Positions 1 to 11,689 of a stretch of 64,000 bases of DNA are shown here, piece after piece (positions within the stretch are counted from its first letter, which is position 1; the number at the start of each line of letters is the position of its first letter). The translations under genes were made by a program, and so were the position numbers. This DNA is from Podarcis muralis (taxonomy: Eukaryota), in NCBI RefSeq assembly GCF_964188315.1, contig NC_135667.1, positions 26,040,001 to 26,104,000 of the forward strand, in the 5' to 3' direction. The notes beneath the pieces are model-generated. The model was not told the origin of the DNA and searched no databases. It worked only from the letters and a program-made list of their open reading frames with translations.

Positions 1-1349
1 CAGAGACACCCATTTTGTGGGGGCGGTGCTCTCAAGCAAATCACCTGGCTCCTGCAAAAGCACAGCCCCCAAAGACATGTTTTGAGAGGCCAAGCTCTCA
101 TATAACTTCTGCGGGAGCCTGGCCCTGAAAGACATACGTCCCAATTTTCCTCTACAGGATGTTAGAGGGTATGCTATGCCAATGTTGGAGGTAGTGACAG
201 AGGAAGCCTGTTGGGCACCTGGGGCGTTGCACCCAGGGGTGGGGCCAACGCCCATAGGGGCGGGCAAAGGTGGAGCTAGCGGCGTTTTGTGGGCCCCAGG
301 GGGTGCATCAGTGTCAGCGCGCATCCCATGTGTGTGTGTTGTTGTCTGCGCACATCCTGAGGTGCGTCAGCGCACAGCCCAAGAGGGTGCACTGGCGGCA
401 GAGAGAGTCCCGGGGGGGGGGCGCCGCCTGCAGCGATGTCACCCCCCTCAGGAATGACACCCGGGGTGGAACGCCCCCACCACACCCACCTTGCTCTGCC
501 TCAGGTTGGAGGGAATGGCTGACATGAGGCAACCTTGCGTCTCCTACAGCCTTCAATCACTCATTCCTCCATCTTTTAATCAGTGCAGGTGAATTCCTGT
601 AGGGTGAAACAGGAAAGGGTGAGGGCCTCTCCAGGTGGGGCTTAAGCAAAGGGTTGGATGTAACACTTCCCCTTACCCTTGGCTAGGTAGATTCACCACA
701 GTTTGTTATGAACAGTTAGTATCCTGCACCATTGTCCTCTACTGTAAATCTATTGTGTTAAAATTAATAGTCACCCAAGATTGTGTTTTGCCTCCTTATT
801 TCCTGTGTGGTTGCAAATGGACACACATTCCCAAGCACTTCCTTCCTTCCATCCCCTCCACAGAAACTGGATAGGAAAGGTTGCAGCTGAATGTGTTTAA
901 TTTCTCACTGTTCTGTATAAAAGATGCATCCTACCAACTACACAATATATTTTATGTCTGGAGGTACAGACTAGGGTATTGAAATCGGAAGGACATTAAG
1001 TGTTCACAATATAATTTTGCAAAGGTATCCCCAATATTTCTCCAAAATGTTTGTGTATAATGGTGGCCAAGCAGAGCTGGGAGAAGCAGGTTGGAGGAAA
1101 TGTAATATATGCACGGTGCCTGCCAATTAGGAAGGCAGTATATAAGGCAATTTAAGCTTAAGCCAAATGAATTTGGTAGGGCTGTCTTCCTATACATCTT
1201 GGTGCTAAATTGGAATGGCTGCACTGAAATTAATAGTGTTGAAGTGTAAATCTATCTTTAGATCACATCCTGAACATAATTCCTAGGCCCTTTCATAAAG
1301 CAGACCATGACACAGGCATCTGCTGATGAGAAATGATTTTTTAAAAATT

Positions 1350-1580
1350 ACTCTTATTCCCCTTGACAACCTTATGTCATTAATGTGCAGCCTGGTTAAC
1401 AAGGTGCTTCGTATTTAGTAGTTAGCAGCAACCAGGTCATTAAAAAGTTTTACCCAAAGTAATTATAGGAATAAATGTCTCTCAGCCTTCTCCCTCTGGG
1501 AGTGAGAGTTCTGTCAGTTTCTCTGAGGGCTTTGAGCAAACACAAAAGCCCTAATTATAACTTGGCAAAACTCTTGAGGC
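1350..1580. promoter_or_regulatory. Candidate olfactory receptor enhancer/promoter (H/P/J-element-like homeodomain + O/E-like site cluster)
   Basis: TCATTAAAAAGTT at 1437-1449 is the reverse complement of AACTTTTTAATGA. Further HD cores: TCATTAATG 1377-1385, TAATTA 1460-1465 and 1552-1557. O/E-like sites: TCCCTCTGGGA 1491-1501, TCTCTGAGGG 1520-1529. Function is inferred. Confidence 0.5.
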
Positions 1581-2844
1581 CTTGTTGATGAGGGAGGGAA
1601 CAAAGCCTTCTGGAACCAAAGTTTGGAGTTGAACTTGGAGTCTCCAAGGTACAGCATTGGTTGTGTGACAGGCAGGTGGAAAAGAGACAGAGTGAGAGAC
1701 AAATGTTATGCCAAATGATTTTTTAATGGCACAAAACAAAGGCCTGAGGTCTAATGCTGTTGTTCACATCTATAAGACAATCAGTTTTATTGTTTATAGT
1801 CAATGGCCAGCACAATACAGTACGAGCACAAAACACACAGCTACAAAACAAAAGACATTACATGCACCTGACCAGGACAAATCTTCAATGTCCAAGATTT
1901 ACGAACATTATATATAATAATACCTGAACAGAGCTATGCAGATGTTCTAATTCATCAATGTGTAATGAATGTGCTCTATTTGGGGCTATCTTAGGACCAG
2001 TTGAGGAAGCTCAAGCTGCTGCAAAAGGCTATGGCCAAACTGTTGGTGGGGGCAGACTACTGCCAGCTCATAGCTTCATACCCTCCAACGTCTTTGAGCC
2101 AAAAGCCTGGGCACTCCCCCCGCCCCACATGCTGCCACCCGCATGTGTTCAGGCCCCCCACATGATTTCACCACTTATTCCCCCATCCAGTTTTGTCCCA
2201 CCATCACTGGCGCACCCTCCACTGCCTATCTTTGTTGTCTGGCCTCCCTCATTACTTCCGCTGCTGCTGCAACAAGGCCACTATCACGGCAAGGTCTGCT
2301 GTTGCCTTGCCACTGTGAGTCCTGATGAGGCCCGCTACCACTGTCCACTGCCATGAAGTTCATCGAGGTCTGCTGCTGCCACTGTGAAGCCCTATGAGGC
2401 CCGCCACTGCTGTGAGGCCCAGCAAACTGAGCCACTGCCTTGAGGCCTGATGAAGTTCACTGCCGCCACCAACCTCCACTGTGGCTGCTGACATACTTCC
2501 AGAAGTTGACACTGCACCAGAAGTGCATTTCCAGAAGTGCAGCCTGCTTCCTTGCAGCACATCAGTGGCCATGGTTGATATCTGGACCTAAATGGAGGCC
2601 TCTGTCAGTAGCAGAGAAACTGGGGCATCACAGATAGATATAAGGAGTCAGGGTGGCTTTTGTCAATTTGTGATGTCCCAGAGAAATCAGGACTATTGGT
2701 GGGTGTGTAACTCCAGTAATTTAAAGCTTGTCCATCTGCTACCAGGCCAGGTTCAAGGTTTTCATGTTGATTAAAAGGTCCTTAAAAACTTGAGTCCAGG
2801 GTACCTTAAGGAGCAATAGATGCCTTATTTGTTGTTGTTGTCGT

Positions 2845-4806
2845 TTAGTCGTTTAGTCGTGTCCGACTCTTCGTGACCCCATGGACCAGAGCACGCCAGG
2901 CACCTCTGTCCTCCACTACTTCCCGCAGTTTGGTCAGACTCATGCTGGTAACCTCGAAAACACTATCCAACCATCTCGTCCTCTGTCGCCCCCTTCTCCT
3001 TTTGCCCTCCATCTTTCCCAGCATCAGTGTCTTCTCCAGGGAGTCTTCTCTTCTCATGAGGTGGCCAAAGTACTGGAGCCTCAGCTTCACGATCTGTCCT
3101 TCCAGTGAGCACTCAGGGCTGATTTCCTTAAGAATGGATGCGTTTGATCTTCTTGCAGTCCATGGGACTCTCAAGAGTCTTCTCCAGCACCATAATTCAA
3201 AAGCATCAATTCTTCGGCAATCAGCCTTCTTGATGGTCCAGCTCTCACTTCCATACATCACTACTGGGAAAACCATGGCTTTAACTATACGGACCTTTGT
3301 TGGCAAGGTGACGTCTCTACTTCTCAAGATGCTGTCTAGGCCTGTCATTGCCCTTCTCCCAAGAAGGAGGCGTCTTTTAATTTCGTGGCTGCTGTCACCA
3401 TCTGCAGTGATCATGGAGCCCAAGAAAGTAAAATCTCTCACTGCCTCCATTTCTTCCCCTTCTATTTGCCAGGAGGTGATGGGACCAGTGGCCATGATCT
3501 TCGTTTTTTTGATGTTGAGCTTCAGACCATATTTTGCGCTCTCCTCTTTCACCCTCATTAAAAGGTTCTTTAATTCCTCCTCACTTTCTGCCATCAAGGT
3601 TGTGTCATCTGCATATCTGAGGTTGTTGATATTTCTTCCGGCAATCTTAATTCCAGCTTGGGATTCATCCAGCCCAGCCTTTCGCATGATGTATTCTGCA
3701 TATAAATTAAATAAGCAGGGAGACAAAATACAGCCTTGTCGTACTCCTTTCCCAATTTTGAACCAATCAGTTGTTCCATATCCAGTTCTAACTGTAGCTT
3801 CTTGTCCCACATAGAGATTTCTCAGGAGACAGATGAGGTGATCAGGCACTCCCATTTCTTTAAGAACTTGCCATAGTTTGCTGTGGTCGACACAGTCAAA
3901 GGCTTTTGCATAGTCAATGAAGCAGAAGTAGATGTCTTTCTGGAACTCTCTAGCTTTCTCCATAATCCAGCGCATGTTTGCAATTTGGTCTCTGGTTCCT
4001 CTGCCTCTTCTAAATCCAGCTTGCACTTCTGGGAGTTCTCGATCCACATACTGCTTAAGCCTTCCTTGTAGAATTTTAAGCATAACCTTGCTAGCGTGTG
4101 AAATGAGTGCAATTGTGCGGTAGTTGGAGCATTCTTTGGCACTACCCTTCTTTGGGACTGGGATGTAGACTGATCTTCTCCAATCTTCTGGCCACTGCTG
4201 AGTTTTCCAAATTTGCTGGCATATTGAGTGTAGCACCTTAACAGCATCATCTTTTAAAATTTTAAATAGTTCAGCTGGAATACCATCACTTCCACTGGCC
4301 TTGTTATTTGCAGTGCTTTCTAAGGCCCATTTGACTTCACTCTCCAGGATGTCTGGCTCAAGGTCAGCAACCACACTACCTGGGGTGTACGAGACATCCA
4401 TATCTTTCTGGTATAATTCTTCTGTGTATTCTTGCCACCTCTTCTTGATGTCTTCTGCTTCTGTTAGGTCCTTACCACTTTTGTCTTTTATTATGGTAAT
4501 CTTTGTACGAAATGTTCCTTTCATATCTCCAATTTTCTTGAACAGATCTCTGGTTCTTCCCATTCTATTGTTTTCCTCTATTTCTTTGCATTGCTCGTTT
4601 AAGAAGGCCTTCTTGTCTCTCCTTGCTATTCTTTGGAAATCTGCATTCAATTTCCTGTATCTTTCACTATCTCCCTCGCATTTTGCTTGCCTTCTCTCCT
4701 CCACTATTTGTAAGGCCTCGTTGGACAGCCACTTTGCTTTCTTGCATTTCCTTTTCATTGGGATGGTTTTTGTTGCTGCCTCCTGTACAATGTTACGAGC
4801 CTCCAT
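2845..4806 (-). pseudogene. BovB ORF, reverse transcriptase part
   Basis: 653-aa open frame with NYRTIALISHASK, FIDYAKAFD, GVRQGCILSP, LRYADDT and the RTE C-terminus (RGRQRTRWLD ... RTRLND). Confidence 0.92.
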
Positions 4807-5818
4807 CCACTCTGTCCACCAAATCTAAATCCTTAAACCTGTTCCTCACTTCCACTGTGTATTCATAAGGGATTTGACTTAGATTGTATCTTACCGGCCC
4901 AGTGGTTTTTCCTACTTTCTTCAGTTTAAGCTTGAATTTTACTATAAGAAGCTGATGATCTGAGCCACAGTCAGCTCCAGGTCTTGTTTTTGCTGCCTGT
5001 ATAGAGCTTCTCCATCTTTGGCTGCAGAGAATATAATCAATCTGATTTCGATGCTGCCCATCTGGTGATGTCCATGTGTAGAGTCGTCTCTTGTGTTGTT
5101 GGAAAAGCGTGTTTGTGATGACCAGCTTGTTCTCTTGACAGAACTCTATTAGCCTTTGCCCTGCTTCATTTTGATCTCCAAGGCCAAACTTGCCAGTTGT
5201 TCCTGCCAGAACATCCTTCTTTGGTGTCACTTCTATAAGGTGTTGTAAGTCTTCATAGAATTGGTCAATTTCAGTTTCTTCAGCACCAGTAGTTGGTGCA
5301 TAAACTTGGATTACTGTGATGTTAAAAGGTCTGCCTTGGATTCGTATCGAGATCATTCTATCATTTTTGAGATTGCATTCCAGTACAGCTTTCACCACTC
5401 TTTTGTTGACTATGAGGGCCACTCCATTTCTTTTACGGGTTTCTTGCCCACAGTAGTAGATGTGATGGTCATCCGAACTGAATTCGCCCATTCCCGTCCA
5501 TTTTAGTTCACTGATGCCCAGGATGTCAATATTTATTCTTGCCATCTCATTTTTGACCACCTCCAACTTACCCAGGTTCATGGTTCTTACATTCCAGGTT
5601 CCTATGCAATATTTTTCTTTACAGCATTGGACTTTCCTTTCGCTTCCAGGCATATCCGCAACTGAGCGTCCTTTCGGCTTTGGCCCAGCCGCTTCATCAG
5701 CTCTGGATCTACTTGTACTTGCCCTCTGCTCTTCCCCAGTAGCATGTTGGACGCCTTCCGACCTGAGGGGCTCATCTTCCAGCGTCATAACTTTTATATG
5801 CCTGTTGTCTTTGTCCAT
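4793..5818 (-). pseudogene. BovB ORF, N-terminal apurinic-like endonuclease part (GDWNA motif deleted, frameshifted from RT part)
   Basis: IGTWNVRTMN, ILGISELKW, VIQVYAPT and NQIDYIL motifs are present. KKDVL is joined directly to AGTTGKFG. The reading frame shifts near 4800-4810. Confidence 0.9.
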
Positions 5819-6439
5819 GGAGTTTTCTTGGCAAGGATACTGGAGTGGCTTGCCGGTTCCTCCTCCAGGTGGATCATGTTTGGTCGAAACTCTCCACTAT
5901 GACCTGTTCATCTTGTGTACCCTGCTCGGCGTAGTTCATAGCTTCTCTGAGTTCTTCAAGCCCCTTCGCCACGGCAAGGCAGTGATCCATGAAGGGGAGA
6001 TGCCTTATATCCCTGCCCAATCACTGAAGTGATTAGTGGTCTTCATTCACTGTCTGTAGTCCCCCATGGTTCAGACAGATAGATCATAGACATCAGGAGT
6101 TGTGATCAGTTCTGTGGAACTCCCTTCCTGTTGAGATAAATGATTTGATTATTTATTTGTTTAAAGGCCTGGGGGGCATTAATGTGCCTGATATGGAGGA
6201 TATAATTATTTTCTTTATATTTTTATTGCTGGTTGTCAGAAATCAAGAGCAAAGATTACAAAACAAACATTCAAAATGGTGGGGATTAAAAAACCCCAGC
6301 TGCCAGCTGCCTAAATTAAGTCTGGCAGAATAGTATTTTGCACTGGGCTGCCAGGTCAGGTGACTCAGCTGAAGGGGCCTAGAATCCAGCCTGAGTCCCC
6401 CCACCCCACCCGCTTGGTCTTGTCCCAAGCGTGTTCTCC

Positions 6440-7170
6440 CTCATAGAGAGCAAGTGTGGCGGTGGGGGCTGGCAAGACACCCCACTGTTGCTGGGCGGAA
6501 AAGAGTTTGGCCATCTTTAAACAGGGGCTGGCTATTACTGGGGAGGTTTTTATGTTGCCATTTCTTAATTGACAGCCCTAGTTGTTAAATACTCTGCACC
6601 CAACTTCGAGCTCCCTCTTTTCGCTGCATGCATCAGATCACCTGCCCTCCCTCCCTATTGTTAGGCTGTTCGCTTGACCTTGCTACGCCTGTCATGGGGG
6701 CGTCTGCTTTGGGGCAGGGGCCTGGTAGGAATTTTGCCCATTTGGCTGATTGGCTGGTGCTATTTGGGTTTTGCCTACTGCGTAGCAAATTGTCACAACT
6801 TGTAAGGTTGCAGTTGGGCATTGGTTTGGGAATTGGTTGGTGGAGGGGCATGGATTTGGCTGTGCCTGCCCCTCCAAAATGCTGCTGCTGCTTCAAGGGT
6901 TTTCCATTAAAGGAACCCAGGGGCTTGCCATGCTTTTGTCCGAACCCCTGGCAAGGGGCTAGGGCAACGCAAGGGTGACTTACCCTTTCTGACTTCGAGG
7001 GGGGTGCGAATGTCAGACTGTCCCTGAGCGGGGTCAGATAGTCGCAACCAATGCCTAAGCAACCACTCACATTGCTGTAATTTTAATAAAAAAGTTGTGG
7101 CCAACATTATGCCAAAACCTTAAACAAAAATCAAGTGTCATTGTGTTTTATTTGGGGTGTCTTGGGGACC
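6440..7170 (+). mobile_element. LTR-like non-coding repeat, family unassigned (related to 62611-63330)
   Basis: Core 6726-6797 (TAGGAATTTT...TTTTGCCTAC...TAGCAA.TGTCACA) and AATAAA..AAGTTGTGGCC at 7085-7102 resemble 62880-62948 and 63250-63264. Boundaries are uncertain. Confidence 0.4.
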
Positions 7171-7719
7171 TCGACACGCAATTATACCACTCTCATTTTA
7201 GCCATTTTCAGATCAACTGGCTGAGCAAATTACTTCAGCATACCTTTGACTGAGCTGGGTTGGGGACATAACACTGGCTGAGCCTGACTGAACTGGGAAT
7301 CAGCTGACCAAAGCTGAGATCCACTGCATCTTAAACTGCTCATCCTTGCAGATCTTGTCATAGCTCTGCCTCTGCTATGCACTAGCTGCTTGGCTGGGCT
7401 GCATTAGGAGTTTAGCAACAAGTCAGATAAAAGAAGAGTCTGTTTTCTGTTGGAGGTTGAAATTCCAATTGCACTTACATCACACATACACACACACACA
7501 CACATATATATAATGAGATTATGATGTTGGCAGTTTTATTTTTGATCCTTTTTTCCAACGTTCCCTAACACAGAATTCACCTTTTTCACAACTGTTTCAC
7601 ATTGAGTCAGCATTTTAATGTAGCTGTCCACTATGATCCCAAAGTCTCTTTCCAGGTCAGTCACCAACAGGTGACTATTGTGTGAAGTTAGCATTTTTTT
7701 GGCCCCAATGTATACTTAA

Positions 7720-8082
7720 AAAGGTAAAGGTACCCCTGCCCGTACGGGCCAGTTGTGTCCGACTCTAGGGTTGCGTGCTCATCTCACTCTAGAGGCCGTG
7801 AGCCGGCGCCGTCCGAAGACACTTCCGGGTCACGTGGCCAGCGTGACGAAGCTGCAGCTGGCGAGCCAGCACCAGCGCAGCACACGGAAACGCCGTTTAC
7901 CTTCCTGCTATAAAGCGGTTCCTATTTACCTACTTGCACTTAAGGGTGCTTTCAAACTGCTAGGTGGGCAGGAGCTGGGACCGAACGACGGGAGCTCACC
8001 CTGCCGCGGGGATTTGAACCACCGACCATACGATCGGCAAGTCCTAGGCACTGAGGTTTTACCCACAGCGCCACCCGCATTG
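7720..8082 (-). mobile_element. Sauria-type SINE
   Basis: (ACCTTT)n tail and tRNA-related head (GCGGGTGGCGCTGTGGGT..., GGTTCAAATCC on the minus strand). TSD CAATGTATACTTAA at 7706-7719 and 8083-8096. Confidence 0.9.
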
Positions 8083-8305
8083 CAATGTATACTTAAGCAA
8101 TGTATACTTGCTTAAACGAAATCACATTTGACATGTTAATACCCATTCACCCCATTCGGATATATGTTTTGGGTTGTATTGAACTTCCTTGTCTCCCCAC
8201 AAAAAATTGCTAGTCTTTGATAAAATCCTTTTGGCTTTCCTTGACATTCTTAGATTATTATGCATGACAAGAAACCCCCATATTTCACTGTACAATTTAG
8301 GCATA

Positions 8306-8531
8306 CAGTGGTACCTCGGGTTACAGACACTTCAGGTTACAAACTCCGCTAACTCAGAAATAGTACCTCAGGTTAAGAACTTTGCTTCAGGATAAGAACA
8401 GAAATCGTGCGGTGGTGGCATGGTGGCAGCGGGAGGCCCCATTAGCTAAAGTGGTACCTCAGGTTAAGAACAGTTTCAGGTTAAGAACGGACCTCCAGAA
8501 CGAATTAAGTTCTTAACCCGAGGTACCATTG
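8306..8531. mobile_element. Tc1/mariner (Tigger/pogo-like) MITE
   Basis: TIR CAGTGGTACCTCGGGTTA / TAACCCGAGGTACCATTG, with TA on both flanks. Confidence 0.85.
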
Positions 8532-8970
8532 TATTTCATTAACATCGTACTGATCTGTTACATGAAGTGGAGAACATACAGTCGCATCAGTATATGATTT
8601 TCTGCACCCTGGTGTTCATTATGAGTACCAACTAAAAATTTAGTCCATCTGTCTGTGCCACACTTGATGTTGCGATCTGTTGTCTTCTACTGCCCTCTTG
8701 TGCCTGTTATGCAGATTAGCTGCTCTATTATTAATTCAGATCCCATCAGTTCAACCTTGTTTAGGGACATCTACATGTGTTCAGGCTTTCCCAACACAGG
8801 TCACGTAACACAGAGCAGCCATCCTAGATTCTTGCACTGAATAATCTTGTGGCACCCTAAAGACTTTTAATAGTTAAACATCATCATACTTAAAAGTTAT
8901 TTTTAACTCTAACAGTAGTTATAATAGTTCATGATTTTGATTCCTTCTCTTTGGTTAATGTTGAGCATTA

Positions 8971-9320
8971 GGGACGCAGGTGGCGCTGTGGGTTAAACCA
9001 CAGAGCCTAGGGCTTGCTGATCAGAAGGTCGGCGGTTCGAATCCCCGCGACGGGGTGAGCTCCCATTGCTCGGTCCTTGCTCCTGCCAACCTAGCAGTTC
9101 GAAAGCACATCAAAGTGCAAGTAGATAAATAGGTACCGCTCCAGCGGGAAGGTAAACAGTGTTTCCATGCACTGCTCTGGTTCGCCAGAAGCGGCTTAGT
9201 CATGCTGGCCACATGACCCGGAAGTTGTACACCGTCTCCCTCGGCCAATAAAGCAAGATGAGTGCCGCAAGCCCAGAGTAGGTCATGACTGACCTAATGA
9301 TCAGGGGTCCCTTTACCTTT
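8971..9320 (+). mobile_element. Sauria-type SINE
   Basis: GGGACGCAGGTGGCGCTGTGGGTTAAACC head, B-box GGTTCGAATCC, tail CCCTTTACCTTT. Confidence 0.9.
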
Positions 9321-9525
9321 TTATGGGTTTGGTTGTAAGGAATGAAAAATACACAGAAATGGGTTTTGTTGATTTTTTTTTTTAGCCAGCTTTTATTTCA
9401 GACAGTGCATAACAATCCCCTTTGTGGTAGAGAAGGTGCATTTCCTGAAACAGCATTCTATCCATCTTTAAGAAATTACACTGTTCTCCACTTTGGGGGC
9501 AGAGACCTTTAAGAAAGTACCGGTA

Positions 9526-9845
9526 CTGTATTTTTCCGAGTATACGACAAGGTTTTTTATTTTAAAAAATGCTACAAATTTGGGGTCATCTTATACATGG
9601 ATAGTGCTGAGATGGGACGGGTGATCTGTGGCTGCCGCAAGCAGGAGATTGTCAGCGGCATTTGGGGAGGGGTGTTGAATGGTGGCTGTGGCAAGGTCTG
9701 CTGGCGATTGGCTGCTGCGACAATCAGGTCAGGTAGGTGAGCGATTGTTGGCACTCCCCCCCCCAAAAAAAAGCTCAACAAATCTGGGCAATCTTCCCCC
9801 ATTTCTCCAAAAAACAGAGGTTGTTTTATACACAGAAAAATACTA
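9526..9845. mobile_element. Tc1/mariner (Tc2-like) MITE
   Basis: Imperfect TIR CTGTATTTTTCCGAGTATACGAC / GTTTTATACACAGAAAAATAC, preceded by TA. Confidence 0.55.
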
Positions 9846-9984
9846 CAGATGGACATGGTTCTCAAAGGAAATCAATCTGACTTAAATAAATATAATCTAT
9901 AGATACTTTCTCCAGATATACACATACATATACAGGAATAAAACACACAGAACATATTATTATATATCTTTTTTATTTAGTGTA

Positions 9985-10244
9985 CAGTAGAACCTCTACT
10001 TACGGCCACCTCCACTTGGGCCCGACCACAGCAAACCCGGAAGTAAATACCAGGTTTGCCATGATTTGCGCACGCGCAGAAGCGGCTTCTGCCATTTACA
10101 CACATGCAGAAGCGGCTGCCGCAGTCTACAGAAGTGTGCTGCCGCTGAATGTGCCTTCACACAATGCCGCTTCTACCAGTGACCCATTATGCCTACAGGA
10201 CGGGTCACCAGAATGGATTATGGTGGTAAGTAGAGGTTCCACTG
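9985..10244. mobile_element. Tc1/mariner MITE
   Basis: 19-bp TIR CAGTAGAACCTCTACTTAC / GTAAGTAGAGGTTCCACTG (1 mismatch), TA flanks. Confidence 0.85.
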
Positions 10245-11625
10245 TATATATTTAAGTACATAGAATATAGGTCAGCTGTGATTATGTTGATCTTTTCCAG
10301 GCACCTTGATCTTTTTTTTAGCTTTGTACATGTAGGAATTATTTTAAATAGAAAGAGAGAACTAGCTGGTTTGGGTCATTCTATATGTCTAAACTAAAAT
10401 ACCCACAAATATACACATCTGGCCTATAGTCTATTTATATGTCATACATACCACCAAAGCAACAACAACAGAAAATTAAACATCTGTGGCATCTACCTAT
10501 TTGCTAATTTGTGGAAAGAATCATAGAAGCTCTCACTCAAGTTACAACCTGGGTTCGGAAACCATGTGTCAGAATATCCTTAGTGGGTTAGAAAACATAT
10601 TTATGAAGGTAGTGAGTACTGAAACTTTGAAAATTGGGCACTACTGCAAGAAGACAAGCAACACCTGGGAGTTCCTGACTCCATTGCTCTCACACACAGG
10701 AATACACACTCTCTTACACACAAACACACCAAGGAGAAACTTCCTCAGTCCAATACCTAGAACATCTGGCTTCCAGTTCTTCTCTGCCTGAATAGAGGCT
10801 GCCTCCATGACAGCAGGAGATCGTTGGGAAAAGAATAACAAGGTTGACTGCAAACTGACCCCCAGGGACAGGGGGAATGGACTTCATAGTTCGTCTTGGT
10901 ACCTGGCTCTCACTCTGGCATGGGATTTTGGGGGCAAGGAGGTACTGAATGCAAAAGTACTTCACCTACTGAAAACCCTCCAATGCCACCATTAAGAAGC
11001 AGAGGTTTTCCTGTTAGTTAGAGCTTAATTGGACTAAAGTACAGACGTGTGGTAGAAGAGATAAGATGACAAACTGCAGAACAAACCAACTGCAAGGACT
11101 TTAAAGTTTGAACTTGAGATAAGACTTCATTTGGTGCAAAGGACAGTGAGGGAAGAGACTACGGTTTATTTATTTAAAGTTTTCTTCTCTACATTTATGA
11201 TTCAGCAACCCTAAAATATAGAAAATCATCAAACCACCAAATCTAGCACGCGGGGGTGACTTTATCTAAATTAAATAATTTGTTATCTGAATGATTGGAA
11301 TTAATAATTGTATTATAAATGGGTATTGTTATAATGTCGTTACTATTGAACTGTAATTGAAAACTAATAAAAACTATTATATATAGAAAAAAATTACCCA
11401 GAACATCTATGTAGGCCCTATTGTTTGGCAAGTGGTCAAAGATCATGTGGGCCAGGACAATTGGATGGTACATATGCATTTTAAACTGACTGCCAGTGTT
11501 TCCCATAATACTCAAGCAAATAAATTTAAAATGAGTTAAAATATCTGCTGTTCTATGACTCTCCTTTTTGTTTAGATGCTAGATGAAGTAGACACTTTCA
11601 TTGGGCAGGGGGTTTTGAGGATTAA

Positions 11626-11676
11626 CACACACACACACAAACAAACAAACAAACAAACAAACAAACAAACAAACAC
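11626..11676. repeat. Compound (CA)n/(CAAA)n microsatellite just 3' of the OR14-like stop
   Basis: Read directly from the sequence. Confidence 0.9.
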
Positions 11677-11689
11677 ACCAGGCAGCACA

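Larger units (their letters stand above)
2829..5997 (-). mobile_element. RTE-BovB LINE, near full length, with internal deletions
   Basis: APE endonuclease and RT ORFs. (CAA)n-type 3' tail at 2829-2841. 11-bp TSD AGATGCCTTAT at 2818-2828 and 5998-6008. Confidence 0.95.

Noticed and set aside
1958-2356. 132-aa Pro/Leu-rich ORF
   Set aside because: Low-complexity translation of a degenerate repeat, with no domain motif or splice evidence.
2873-3814. 313-aa plus-strand ORF
   Set aside because: Lies wholly antisense to the BovB RT frame. Similar antisense ORFs recur in the other BovB fragments (44709-45101, 47546-47899), so it is a by-product of the element sequence.
7560-8720. Possible very old CR1 RT relic interrupted by the SINE and MITE
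   Set aside because: Only vague motif resemblance and no translatable hallmark, so it is not supportable by eye.
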